From Bigelowiella natans CCMP2755 (Eukaryota; Protista; Cercozoa), in NCBI GenBank assembly GCA_000320545.1, contig ADNK01001091.1, positions 14,322-78,321 on the forward strand: a DNA stretch of 64,000 nt. The letters are read 5' to 3'. The notes below the pieces were generated by a model, which saw only the letters and a list, made by a program, of their open reading frames with translations, searched no databases and was not told the DNA's origin. The translations under genes and the position numbers were made by a program. Of the stretch, positions 1-12,897 are shown piece after piece; position 1 is the first letter of the stretch; each line of letters begins with the position of its first letter.

Positions 1-52
1 TGCTCGTACATCATCATCATCACCACCACCACCACCATAGATCGATCATTAC

Positions 53-1201
53 CATTCTGGTTTGTCAAACAGGTCAATCAAATACTGCTCAAACTTTATG
101 TCCTATATAATCCATGATAGATATACGTGATGAATGTGTTGTAAAGTTAGCACACAGCTCCCAACTTGTTACCGTGTAAAATTTGATCTTGTGTTTTACC
201 ATATTTGCACGTCACCAACCCATACAATGTAATAGAGACGAATAGTCTTTCTTGTAACTAATAACTTCTTGTGACTATCATGAATATGCCCCCAACACAA
301 AAAAAGAAAGATGCATGCTATTGTTGCGTGCGGCAACCCCAAGCAGGAACTCTTCTTCGCACTATAGTTCCGAGTAGTTACACAACGGTTGGAACTCTTA
401 CAAACAGTTGAACGATACATCGACATATAGTCCCCAATTTAACTACGAAATGATTTGCATCATCTTCTATAATATATGATCCACCTTTTCAAGGAGTGCT
501 AGCCATACCCTTTCACAGAAGGGACACCATGCATTTGTGTCGCGGTAAAGGATCACCGGCTGGTTTTTGCTCGCCCTGAAAACATATATTTGTTTGTTAA
601 GTGGAAGACACAGTAGAATAAATCTACTGCAGTAAAGTCTACGATGGGCAATACAGAGTGTATAAACGATGATATTGAATCAATAGCGACATCAAATAAA
701 ACATATTGGGGAAAAAATATATCGAAACATTCAACCGCGAAGGGCTAGAGGCTATGCTTTCTTCCACAACTCTTCCCGCAACTGTGGTGGGCGCAACTGG
801 ATACTGCCTCACGGTGAAATCACGCAGGATCTCTTTTACATTGGCCATTTCTCCCAGATCCTCCCAGCTTGGTGTGCCTATGTAGGAGAATACGAGTTTT
901 GGTTTGTTTAGAATCCGGCATGACGTGGGAATTTACCTGAAGATTTGGGCTGTCTAATATGCCTCATATAACGCCGTGAATTTTGCAAAGAAGATAACCT
1001 CCTTCTGTATCCTAGCCCTTTCGACGCCTCCTGATAAACTGAAGGAGTCGATAATCGGTTTCCTACTGCCGAACCAATCGGATGGGTTTCGAACGACCCT
1101 ATCGTTCGCAACTGCAATGTAAATACAGTCGCGACGGCAAGAGTGCCCAAGAAGAATAGCCTGACATGACTGTTTGAACTTGTCGTGGATGTAGAACCCA
1201 T
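53..1201 (-). CDS. Glutathione S-transferase (Cys-type, CPFC active site), probably plastid-targeted; 3' part lies beyond the window start
   Basis: Spliced exons give MGSTSTTSSNSHVRLFFLGTLAVATVFTLQLR (hydrophobic leader) ... GTPSWEDLGEM ... VILYRDTNAWCPFCERVWLALLEK (exon 485-575) and DIKFEQYLIDLFDKPEW (exon 53-102). This matches the LYRD..AWCP.C..VWL.LEEK GST_N motif of cyanobacterial/algal GSTs. Confidence 0.8.
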
Positions 1202-2825
1202 TTCTCTTGTTGGATGGCGAAGACCGGACAAGTAATCTGTGCTCTTTCGGTTTTCACCTTGCAATTATGTATAGAGTATTTGAGAACTCAAGGAGTAACA
1301 ATGGACAACCCTCCGAGATGAATTAACTAGTATTAGCGTGTAGTCACACGGGATGCTAGATGAAAGATTCATGTACTTATGAGAATCACAACCACGTTCC
1401 CCTCCACTGGCAGCCAGAGCTTCCACAAGACTCGTATGTGGCGAGGTTGGTAGGAACAGTGCACTTCGGCACTTCTATTTTAGGAAATTTCAAGGAAATT
1501 TCAACTATCGTCTCTCCCACCTGCATGATCTAAGGCAAAAATACCAATAATTGTCCTATTGTTTAATGACGTCACTGACCGGTAGTGGCTCTTCCCTTTT
1601 TAAGGCAGAAAAGCCAAAAGGAGCCCGTATTGATCTACTCGTAGAATTCCAAAAACGCTTCCCTCGCAAGGCGATAAAAATATCCGTGTCCGTGTCATCC
1701 GGACCGGCTGTGGCGGGACAATTTTACATGCCGTAGCAAATTCCCTTTCTTATGTTTGGCTTGTTTTGCTGTTTTTACCTGATGTGAAGGAAAATGTTCT
1801 TTTTCTGGGCATGAAATCAGAAGAAATATTTTGTACATTTGTGATGACAATTTCCATGGATTTTAAATTTATGCAAGCTTACCAAATGTTGCAATGTCGC
1901 ACCTAAATTTTACACTGACATTTGATAGGCAACAGATTCTCGAATCATTTGCAGAGACTTAGAAAGTAATATATATTCGTTTTTGTTTGAGGAGCGAATT
2001 TCTACTCCTTTTCGCATCTCTCTTCTATGTCTCTTGGAAGCTATCATCCATCAATGTCAAGTAAAACATTGTACATTTAATCTCTTTTGTGCAGAAAGTA
2101 AAGAAAAAAACCACATGAAAGCGATAATGTGAAGATGCCAGACGATTCTCGCTCATGACAAAGAACTCATGAAAACAATGATTTTGTTCGAAACACATTT
2201 GATTTAGACAATGATGCCTGACGAAATATGGATTACATGAAAAATTACGCTTCCGGAATCAACCTTTGGAACGTCTCTCTCAGCTTTATTTCTTCTCTCT
2301 TGCCAGTCTCTTTCTTGTTTACTTCCTCCGGAATCCAGAAATATGAGGGAAGACAAGAGAAAATGCCCTCAATTTCAGCAATCAGGTTCACCACATTTGC
2401 CCGTCGCTAGTCAGTTCAATATTTTGACAAATCAAAATCTATTTTCTTATAAATAGCTGACATTTTGTGTCTTTGATATTAATTTAGAGTTTACATTTCA
2501 TTTTTTGGCCTAATCACATTGCCATTTTATGCTGAGCTATAACCTGTCCCTTCGCGTCTGCTCAGAGCGCCTTCCTTTAAAAAACAAAGTGTCCTTTGTA
2601 TTGTCATTTTTTTAACTGGAGCTGATGTCGTATTTGTAATTTGAAACCGTTTTGGATACATTTTCTCTTCTCTGTGGACACGTCTCAGCTGAATTCGGCT
2701 GAAGCCTCTGGAAGCCACAGATACGCGGCCGGCCTTCACCACACAACACACAATCCATTGTTGTGACCACCCGAAATTACCAAGTGTATCCAGCCACACC
2801 CACACGTTCTTTAACAACTCACACG

Positions 2826-4067
2826 ATGTCTGGCACAACTGCAACGGAGCGAGGATTAGATGCCCTTTCTGGCTCAGTTGCCTCCTGGTTGGTTAACGAA
2901 AGCCAGGGACCGTCAACTGTCTTGACTTCGGGGTCGATGATTTTTCTCATCTTCTCAGTGCTCTCTGCTGCTATGTACTGGGCCTTCGAGAGGAAAATAC
3001 AAAACTTCCTTAAGCACCTGCAGATCTACCAAGTTTTACGAGCCCAGTTTCTGCGTCCTTACGTCGTAAAGGACAGCGTGATATGGCCAAGATACACGAA
3101 CCAGCTGGGGAATAACCTTTTTCAGTATGCATATGCAAGGCTCAGAGCGAAGTATCTTGGTCTGAGATTTGCAGCTGGACAACTCAATCAAGATGTTTTC
3201 CATGCCGACGTAGCCAAGTTGACCGGAAAGGGAGATAAAAGCGGGGAGAATTCAAACCCATTCTCGAAAGCAAGCCCATTCGAGTTCCTTGAATCCCAGG
3301 CAGATTACAGCGGAGCAAACTACGCCAACTTTTCACAAAAACTTATGTCTCAGTATCCTGAGATGTCACGTGTCCCATCAAACCCAGATCTGAGGAATGA
3401 GGCCGACCGCCAGGAAAAATTCTTGAAGTCCACTCCGAACGCCTTTGCACAGCACATGAAATTCTACGAGAAAGATTGTGATCTGATCCGTGCATGGATG
3501 TGCCCAAGTGTTGAAAGTCACTCTAAGTCAATTGCTCGTGCTAATGCTCTGGGCGTTGGCAGAGACGATACAATTGTATTCCATCTTCGCTTTGCTGGTG
3601 CAGTCGAGGGAATCTTTGCTGACCCTACCTACCACGAGCTGCCTTTCTCATACTACACTGACGTCCTGCGCCGCCACGGGAAATGTGCACGAGCTATTCT
3701 TGTCCATGATCCCAAGAGCAAAGGCAGTGCCCAAGCTGTCGCTCGGCTGCTCAAAAGCGAATCCCCATCGCTTGAAATCACTCAACAGTGCGCTTCACGA
3801 TGCGATGACTTCGTCGTAATGTACATGGCCAAGAATCTTGCTCTCTCTGTCTCAACTTTTGCATGGTGGGCAGGATTCCTAGGTCGGAAACACAAGCAGA
3901 CCATCTTTTATCCTCGACACAAGGCTGTATCATGGTATAACCCAAGACGGCTCAAGACTTGGTACAATCAATTAATGCCATCCAACGATGCTGCATATCT
4001 CCCAGTTTTCTATACTACTGCGAAGGAGGCCGTCGAATGCAAAGCGAACATGTCGTCGTCAATCTAA
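2826..4067 (+). CDS. Alpha-1,2-fucosyltransferase-like glycosyltransferase (GT11 family), intronless, membrane-anchored
   Basis: NQLGNNLFQYAYAR (GT11 motif I, G.LGNQ.FQYA), IVFHLRF (HxR) and DDFVVMYMAKNLALSVSTFAWWAGFL (STFSWW motif). One N-terminal hydrophobic segment, MIFLIFSVLSAAMYWAF. First ATG at 2826. Confidence 0.8.
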   Translation: MSGTTATERGLDALSGSVASWLVNESQGPSTVLTSGSMIFLIFSVLSAAMYWAFERKIQNFLKHLQIYQVLRAQFLRPYVVKDSVIWPRYTNQLGNNLFQYAYARLRAKYLGLRFAAGQLNQDVFHADVAKLTGKGDKSGENSNPFSKASPFEFLESQADYSGANYANFSQKLMSQYPEMSRVPSNPDLRNEADRQEKFLKSTPNAFAQHMKFYEKDCDLIRAWMCPSVESHSKSIARANALGVGRDDTIVFHLRFAGAVEGIFADPTYHELPFSYYTDVLRRHGKCARAILVHDPKSKGSAQAVARLLKSESPSLEITQQCASRCDDFVVMYMAKNLALSVSTFAWWAGFLGRKHKQTIFYPRHKAVSWYNPRRLKTWYNQLMPSNDAAYLPVFYTTAKEAVECKANMSSSI

Positions 4068-4098
4068 ATCGACTTCTTTGTGTGACGATACGTTCGGA

Positions 4099-4463
4099 GA
4101 AGTCCGGGTCTCCATGACTCCTAAGAGAGTCATGGATTCCATGGCGGAAGGAAAGTAAGAAGTCCGGGAACATTTCAATGGTCCATGGCACATTTGTAAC
4201 AATTGTTACAAACCGAATTTAGTATCATTACCAATGCTCGAGTCGAGCTAGACGAAAAGCACAATAATTACACCATATCTTCAACAAAGAATTTTTAACA
4301 CCCAGGGAACTTTTTTGTAACTTATTTTAAGCGTAGGTGGTCTACTCCTTTACGTCCTTTAAGTTCCACTGATAAACTAATTGAGTTATCGATTGAAGTC
4401 CGGGAAACGAATTACGTTTTCATGGCATCGATTGAAATCCGGGAATGTGTCAACATTCCATGG
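4099..4463. repeat. Four-copy structured motif GAARTCCG-[hairpin]-ATGG (candidate ncRNA or cis-element)
   Basis: Units at 4099-4144, 4159-4188, 4395-4425 and 4434-4463. Flanks are conserved; interiors differ in sequence but each is self-complementary. Confidence 0.7.
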
Positions 4464-4933
4464 TACTGTTACATAGAGATAATAAGCAACAACATAGTGT
4501 CTGCATCCTAGATAAAAAAATATCATACTAACATCCGAGGGAGGAAGATATCATCAACCCGTAAATCTTAATATAAGCCTAGATCTAGATCGCTTCAAAT
4601 CACACAGGAAAAAAATATTGAAATGTTACAATGTGGTGATAAATTATTTGCGAGGAAAGATCGTCAATTTTCTTGCACCTGAAGGTTGTGTACATTTTAT
4701 TCATTTCTCGAAGACTGACTATGCCGGAAGTTAAGAAAGGGCATTTCATGTTCAATTTCGAAGCTAGGCTCTTCATCTCTTTTTGATTATAATAATGCAC
4801 ATCAAGTTTACTAAAAGATGTTTAATGGCACATCGAATCAAAGAACTGTATCCATGTGGTTACATCCTAATGCATGCGCGGCGTCATGCTACATGCTACA
4901 CTTGCACACATACCATCACGATACCATGCGCAC

Positions 4934-5035
4934 AGCCTTTAAAGGCTATATAGCGTACGCACGAGCCACATATGTCTCACGGAACATGTGTGCCTTTGAC
5001 CAGGTACGCTCTATATAGCCTTTAAAGGCTATATA
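4934..5035. repeat. ~100 bp foldback/MITE-like element with palindromic terminal inverted repeats
   Basis: agcctttaaaggctatatagcgtac (4934-4958) is the reverse complement of gtacgct(ct)atatagcctttaaaggct (5004-5030). Perfect 24-bp palindrome tatatagcctttaaaggctatata at 5012-5035. Confidence 0.6.
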
Positions 5036-5464
5036 TACATGGAGATCAAAGCTAATAATGCTGCTGAACCGTTGCTGCGCTGCAACAATGACTAAGAAAC
5101 GAGTGTGTAACCAAGCTAGCAGTTGTACGCTTGACATATGTAGCAGATACAAACAAAAATGTGTATGCTATTCCTTTTTGCTTGCGTATAGCATGTACTA
5201 TAGCGTTCACTGTGCTCCTCGGAATTCATGTCTGTAAAGCTAGATTGTGTAATTTAATAATAATAGCTGAAGCAGAGTTTATCTACGATTGCACGTTCCT
5301 TCACCATAACTTTTCGGCAGTAACTATAACCAAACATATATATCTAGCATAAATGTGTATATGTTACGTATTGATGTGCCTGCTGCGTAGATGGATCATC
5401 TATCACTAGATCATCTCGTTCACTACTGCTAGACTGGTATGTCGGAAAGAGTGGGAACGGTTGA

Positions 5465-7108
5465 CTATTTGCCCCCCCGCTCCATCATCAAACGCGCAGT
5501 ATAATTCATTCCTGTGCTCCCTATTGTAATGACCGCAAAAGAAGACGAGATGGAAAAAATTAAGTGATGCGTGTTGCCAATTATAGTCGATCAAATACCT
5601 ATCTTTTTTTTGTACGCATCGGCTGCTGCCTTTTTCCGTTGCATTTCTAACCACTTGCCTTCCAACCGTCGGGATCCTTGCTTCTTAGCTTTGGATCGCT
5701 TGAACTCATTTTCCAAGACATTCTAAAGTGTGAGGAAGGTTAGAATCTGATATTGATTTCTGAGAGTTGGTACACTGATACCGTTGCTTCTCTCAGTGCG
5801 CAAATCCATTTTTCGCATTCTTCAACACTTTCAGCATCCATCTCCATCAAAATCTAAATAAATCATTTTCCCGCCCACATTTAATTAATAAAGTCCCACC
5901 ATTGAATGACAGGTTTCTCAAATGAGTTTTAACAGACCTCTCCCTGTGTACTTCTAAGCCTCACAGTCTTACTGCCGTTTCCTGGCGTAACTGCGGACAA
6001 TCTAACGAACCGGACAAAATCATACACACACTACACATACATGGAATCGAAAAAAATGGAGTCGAAAGGGGGAAGATTACGTATCTAACTGGAGAACCCC
6101 TTCTCTCAAAGGCGAGCCCTTTTTCTAAGAGAATTAATGTAACTTTTTCAGTCATTTGCAGGGAAAATGATCCTAGTCTTCTCTACTCCTCTCTTCGACC
6201 TTTGCCAGGGTTTGCCATTCCAATGAGACTTATACATAACAGAAAAAGAACATTGCTCAAAAAGAAGCATAACATTCCCACCACACGAGCATCAGAATAC
6301 GACCTAAATCTGAACTGATCTGGACCCACACCATCTATGATATCGCAATCACATACACGTTTAGATTTCAGCTTAAGGGAAGATAGATGAAATGAGGTTT
6401 TGCTATACATCACAGCTTTTCCGCTCTGCCTTAGAAAACATCGAAGACATGCCAGAGAGGAAGCCTCCGGTTGTTTCACAGCTGAGACGAAGGGATTTCA
6501 ACGACAAATTCTGCAGGAATTACTGTCTATATATTAGACCAAACCTTCGGTGACAGCTAAGCAGCTCGAATGATCTGACATTTCAAGGTTGTTTGAATGA
6601 GTTTGCAAGCTAAAGAAACGAAGAGGAGGTCGATATCTACGACAGCAAGAGGGTCAGATTGAGGCATCTCCAAATAAATTTCAATTCATATTTATACGTT
6701 TCGTTTCTAACATGCAACATTTCCAAAGTAAACGGCCCGCATCTTCTATTGTAGCTTGCAACAGCGCGGTTTGAAACTTCTCACCCTCCCATTTGCAGAG
6801 CTGGAAGAAGATGTTGCTCGAAGCGCCGCCTTCGAACTTCCTCTAATGATTGGCGTAGTTTTTGGACAACAAATCAGAGCAGCCTTTTCAGGCATCATGC
6901 GAAAATGCTAGAAATAGACCTCTCTATTTTTATTGCTTCAGAACCACACGCAAAAAAGCAAGGGAATAATGTTACCCTTCGAAGATCCGGAAATTATGTC
7001 AGAGATTTTCTGACAGCAAGAGTCCGGCGGTAGCGAGTAGGAAGACGAGAGCGGCAGCTGCTCCTCACCTTCTTCTGCTACATCTCGGCCAGACCCAAGC
7101 TCGGCCAT
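5465..7108 (-). CDS. Multi-exon hypothetical protein with PH-domain-like C-terminal helix and basic coiled tail
   Basis: Exons with GT-AG borders encode MAELGSGRDVAEEGEEQ..., ILMEMDAESVEECEKWICALREAT (PH-domain W..AL helix), NVLENEFKRSKAKK...AADAYKKKI and GSTGMNYTARLMMERGGK*. Middle exons are uncertain. Confidence 0.5.
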
Positions 7109-7991
7109 TTCCTGGATTTCTTGCACTAGTACGAGTCCTGGTTGCTCATTCTGCGTCCCTCGATGTTGTTTTGGCGAGCTCTGTTCTGCTAGCTTGCTCG
7201 GTGCACATCTGATAGCAATTTAGACAATATTCATTCGATATTAATCCCATATTTTATGTAAGTAAGCACTCACTAATACGAGAGAAGAAGAAGCGAAAAG
7301 AATCATTCAAAACTAAAGGGTAGCGAAAATATGGTCTAAACTTCCTATAAAAACTGAAAGCAATACATATTGTTGTGGTAATCGTTGTCAATCACATTCT
7401 TGTTCGTTACAGTCAGTCGTGCTTGCATGTCGTAATCCGTCCAACGCTACGATTAGCTACGGAGCAGGGAAATTATAAGGAGAATAGCGGAGAAAAGGCG
7501 TAAAAGGGTAAAAACGCCCTGCATTCTTGATGACATCAGCGCTACTATGGTGATCATTTCTCGTTTGCCCCCGGAGACGCAAGGAAAGGCCTTCAGGTTC
7601 TTCCCCTCGCCCCCTTTTTGATTTGCCACTAGAAATGCATTCATGAGAAAGTAGAAGTTACATCTTATCGCTAGCTGTGCTTGCGTCTGTAAGTTGCTCG
7701 AGATCATGGGTGCCAAAATGAACTGCTGCTGCACAATGTTCCAGACGGCTGCTGCTTTATGTGGAAAAAAAAAATTGTCTTCGTTGCACATAACAATCAC
7801 ATGTTTCTACTGCAGATCATATTTTGAATCATTGAAATGTTAGTAAAACATGGCACGCACACACAAACACACACACACACACACACACACATTCATTTTT
7901 ACGGTCCCTTCAGAAAATAAGAGGACGACGAAGAAGAAAGCAGAAGAACGGACTCTTACGAGAGCAGCCGATAGACACCTTCGATCTTCCA

Positions 7992-10847
7992 ATGTCGTTA
8001 AAATTTAACGGACGTGCCTCCTCAAAATTGGGGCTATCATGGAAGATCGTGCCCTGTTTGGCATATAGCACCTGCTCCATTTGTATGGTAGGCTGATCAT
8101 TCCTTCCGTCGTATGGAAATGCCGCACAAGATGTATAGAGGAGGAGGAGGACTTCATGTTGTCCAGTAGTGTATACGGATGCCCATCCCGATTTTGTTCA
8201 ATGATGCATGTCATGTTTCTATTCTTGGTCTCTCTCTTGAATTCCTTTTGTTGTCGGAAATAAACGGCAGTTTCACCGCTTCTTACACCACTTACCGTTC
8301 TGTATTCAGATGCTGCTGAACAAGACCCTAGCAAACAAAGGAGACAAGCTACCCCTTTCCTGTGTCATGCTCGTGCAGGTACCTTAGAGTTTATGGGAGG
8401 GCATGGGGTATAGGGTGAAGGGCGAAGAAAGCGGCACCCGTCATTAAAAATATAAGAATGGCAAGCAATGATGATTTATCCGCATTTCCCGATTGAGTAA
8501 AATCATGAGGAAATTATATACTTTTAGAATTTCACCTCTTCTGAGCTTTGCTAGATTCCCTGTTGGGAAAGTCAATACCAAAAGTTTAATTCAGTTCCTC
8601 AGCACACCGATATGTAGCGTATCGAAGTGTGGGGGTCCAGAATTCACCGCCGCATAATGATATATGTGCGCTTTCCGTGCAGTCTCGCTGTCAGCACTCT
8701 CTTCTCTTTCTCTGGTGCCTTTGTCTAACCATCTATGATTCAACTACTACTACTACTATTATTATTATTTCTACTACTACACCACCCAGAACCTTGTCAC
8801 TCTTATGCTGATCTACATCTTCGACGCCATTTTGTCGGACAAAACCAAGAATTCGTGGAAAATGAAGATCCCCGCTTTCAGAGTCAGGGTATCTTGCATT
8901 TTATGCATAGGAATATAGCTCTGCCCTCTCCTCTTCGTTTCTCCCTTACTCTCCCGTCCCTCTTCACTAGCTTTCTCTACTCTATCGATAATCTCCATTC
9001 TTTTTTAACACAGACGTGCATATTGTGGCTTCCCGTGAATATATTCTTCCTCACGATGCTATACAGCGGTTTCATAACTTTGAATAAGGTCTGCTCCCAT
9101 GATTGGACTGATGTGATGATGATGACGATGATGATGATGATGCTTTTTGATTATTTGATTATTTATCATTGCTGCCTGCTGCTGAAACAGCAGCATTAAA
9201 ACTGTTACAACGACGAACCTACCTACTACGAACATGCCAACCTGTATGATCACAAATCTTCAACAAAATTTCGTTGCAGCAACCATTCCCTTTCCTCCAC
9301 CAATCCCCCCCCCCCCCCCTTCTCTCTCTGCGTGTGTGTGTGTGTGTGGTCGCCACTTGCCCATCATCATCTACCTTATACAATCAGGTGTCTGTGTCAC
9401 TGGTGTCGGTGTGCAAGAACGTAACAAACGTTTTCACGACGATGGGCGATCGTCTTCTCTTCGGAGAACCTGTGTCCCTTCGAGTCATCTTTGCGCTTAT
9501 GCTGATGATACTGGCGGCGTACATAGGTAAACAATGCCGTGAGCTCCTCCTCATGTCCTAGAGCATAGTCGTTGATGTGCTTGCGACGGATATTTAACGA
9601 TACTACCCATAAATTTATTCGTAATATTTGTATCTGGGTAGGGACAGGTTGTAGGAGCAGTCAGCAGTAGTAGTAGTAGTAGTAGTAGCAGCACTCCATT
9701 GAGTATTATGAGTATCAGTGGCTCTCCCCTCCTCCCTTCACACGATCGATAAACTAACTCTGTGTCTTGCGCCTTAATTCTGTTCCAGGTGCCGCCGACG
9801 AGCTCTACATAAATAATGATGAATTCAACGTTGTGGTAAGTGAGAGAGAGAGAGAGAAGGGGAAGGAGGCGGGGAGTAGGGGGGTGGGACTAAAATAATC
9901 ACCCCTCTTCTTTTCATATTTGGTGTAACATGGTCTCATTTTTTGCCTTTGGTGTCTTTGGATACTCGTGTTGTTGTTGTTATTGTTTTTACCGACGACG
10001 ATGATTTAAACCTTCAGGCGGCCATTGCGATGTCAGTTAACTGTCTTAGCACGAGCGCGTATGGTCTCCAGATTAAGATGTCCCAGAAAAAAACTAAGCT
10101 GTCCCCTTACGGGTCCATTAATATCATCATCATACATGCGAATCATTTACGACTGCTTTGTACATGCATGGAACTCTTCTTACTTGATCGAGAGATGTGA
10201 TGACGACGACGACGACGACGATGATGATGATGATGATGATGATGACCATGGGACACAAGCAGCAACTACTACAACAACTACTACAGTAATAACTACTTCG
10301 AAAGCCAAGTGTGATCATGATCTGTCTGTGATGATCCACAGTTGGGAGTGCATGATCTCTGCCCTCATCCTATCTCTCTCTCTTCTCTCTGCTTTATTAT
10401 CCTTCAGATGCACATTTTACAACGCCCTTGCTGCCACGCCAATATGTTTCTTCTGGACGCTAAGGTAGTAGTAACAATAATAAGTATGATGATAATGTCA
10501 GTTGTCTCACAATCATAATCATCACTATCATCGTCGTCGTCGTCGTCGTCATCATCATCATCATCATCCTGTTTCCCCCTACTACCTACCACGAATAGCA
10601 CTGGCGAGCTGCAGCAATTTATTAGCCACCCGGGACTCACGGAACCACGATTCCTATGTAAGAGAGAGAGGCGGAAGGGGGGAATGCTTAGTGGGAATGG
10701 GGGACCGGGAAGGAAATGGGAATCGGGAAGAAATTGCCTATATTTTTGGTCCCCTCGCTTGGTAGGGGTGTTCCTCTTCTTGTCGATGTGCTGCACCGCT
10801 TTTGCTACCCTTGCTATATCATCGTCGTTTTTGTCATCGTCTTTATG

Positions 10848-10881
<34 letters not shown>

Positions 10882-11162
10882 TTACTCATCATCAGTCTCC
10901 TTGATCATGTCGTCGCTGATCGGGTTTGGTATCGGTTTCTCCGTCTTCTGGTGCATATCAGCAACGTCCCCCACCACATATGCTATGGTAATACTAGGGG
11001 TGGAGGGGGAGGGGGGGGAAGAAGCTTGAATATCATATGCGGTGTACTACATCTATCATCAACAGTAGACATCGTGCAGTCATTATAGTCTCTCTCATTA
11101 ATAAATATCGCTCATCATCATCGTCGCCATCATCGTTATGATCTTATCGTTGTCATCGACAT

Positions 11163-11206
<44 letters not shown>

Positions 11207-11282
11207 GGTCGGGGCGGCGAATAAGATCCCTCTCTCGCTGATGGGAATCGTGTTGTTTAGGTAGAAGAAAGTGTTGATGAGC

Positions 11283-11315
<33 letters not shown>

Positions 11316-11824
11316 AATGATGATGTTAGTGGTGGCAGTGTTACGATTACTATTACAGTATTGACTTGCCGAGGCTTTCCTCTTACTTATCAACGTACAC
11401 GCTCTCCTGATGCTGTTGTAAGTAAATGATCCAACTCATCTCCTCCTTGTAGCGAACCGATTACCGTTCCACGTGTACTTTTCATTTCTGTTGGACTTCT
11501 TGCCGGCATCGTTTATGCACACGCAAAGGTAGTGATAGTTTCATTGATTTGTGGCGTAGTTCTCCAAGAATGGTGAAGATGCCGATGATGATGATAAAGA
11601 TGATGATAACATTTAAAAGAAGAAGAAGAAGAAGAAGAACCTGGAAGTCGACAACACGAGATCAATTTAGATGAAAATAGCAGCAATTATCATTATGATT
11701 TGGGTAGATAATATTGCATGCTCGCTTATGATTAAACTCCTGCATCGCGAATGTGGAACACTGGCGTCGTGCGTATCATTCCTGGGCGATTCCTTTATAT
11801 CTCTTAACATTTACGTGATTGTGT

Positions 11825-11864
<40 letters not shown>

Positions 11865-12036
11865 GGCATTGCTCAAAGAACAATCAGCAAAGAAGAATGA
11901 TGACAATAATAAAGGGACCACAAAGAAACCCGTATCTGACGTGGTCGTGGAGAAAGTGGGAATGGGTAAACTCAATGGGGGCGGCACCAATGGCTGTGAT
12001 GGTCTCATCTCGAACGATAAGCAACAGCTGTCGTGA
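7992..12036 (+). CDS. Golgi GDP-mannose/GDP-sugar transporter (Vrg4/GONST family), ~12 exons; may start further upstream
   Basis: Spliced: CLAYSTCSICM|MLLNK...VQ|NLVTL...|WLPVNIFFLTMLYSG|VSVSLVSVCKNVTNVFTTMGD|...VNCLSTSAY|TFYNAL|FWCISATSPTTYAM|VGAANKIPLS|...GIVYAHAK. Collinear with Vrg4/GONST1 motifs (FYNN, GxLNK). Confidence 0.88.
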
Positions 12037-12897
12037 TGACGAGATGTTTATCCAGAAGGAACAATAGCGCTCTGTACACACAAGTGTTTAGCCATAACAT
12101 GCAACGACAAAGCAGCGGCGACTTAAAAGTCAAGAGACGATTAACCAATACGAGAGTATGTAGTTCCTCTCGCTTAGGAGTCCTCCCCCTAGTTGCCATT
12201 TGTAGCTTTTTATTTATTTATTGGTATGTCGCTAGTCTCCTTCGGAGAGGGAGGGGACCCAAAGTATCAGCTGTCTTAAGCAAACTAGCAAGCAAATAAC
12301 CGACAAAATACGCTGCATATTGTTACTGGAAGGTAGCGAGGGTAAAAGTTATTATTAATATATCGATATGTCTCGATAAAGAACTTGTGTTGGAATAGCG
12401 AAAGGCATCATAGCTAGATAGACGGGCAGCCATTCGTATCTGCCTGGCTCGCTAGTTCGTCACACATGCACATGTCTGCTTGTGCTGCATGTGCTCGATG
12501 TAAGCGCCATTTGTCATGAGACGCCTACTAGCTAGCTAGAGCTGATATTGGCGACGCAAACCTTTAAAGTTTCGTGTGACATGCGTGCATCGATCGCATA
12601 TACATAATCGCAAATAACAATACGTGTATAAACGGCATATAAATGCATTATAGCATGAGCAAATAACCGAGATGCATGTCGCATGGGTCAATGCAAATCA
12701 CATGCTACGCGAGCACTACGCTACGTACGCCAACGCAGCATGTGCGATGCATGCAGGTATCGTACATCCAATTCGGTTGAACAATCTAATAAAGAATATA
12801 ATGATAAATGTAGATGCTCGTGAGGAGCAATTGTACACTACAATTCAAAATATAGAGACCTAGTCGACGACACATGACCTATACTCTGCTGCACGAA

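Noticed and set aside
1900-2700. Minus-strand exon-like frames (RRANVVNLIAEIEGIFSCLPSYFWIPEE...)
   Set aside because: I could not join them into a consistent reading frame or recognise a family. May be a small gene or a remnant.
4099-4463. Possible CRISPR or TIGR-like array
   Set aside because: Only four units with irregular spacing, self-complementary 'spacers', no Cas- or Nop-domain gene nearby, and a eukaryotic context. Reported as an unknown structured motif instead.
10025-11393. ORFs with poly-D/H/I or YIYI/CVCV runs, here and throughout the window
   Set aside because: These are translations of intronic microsatellites, not proteins.
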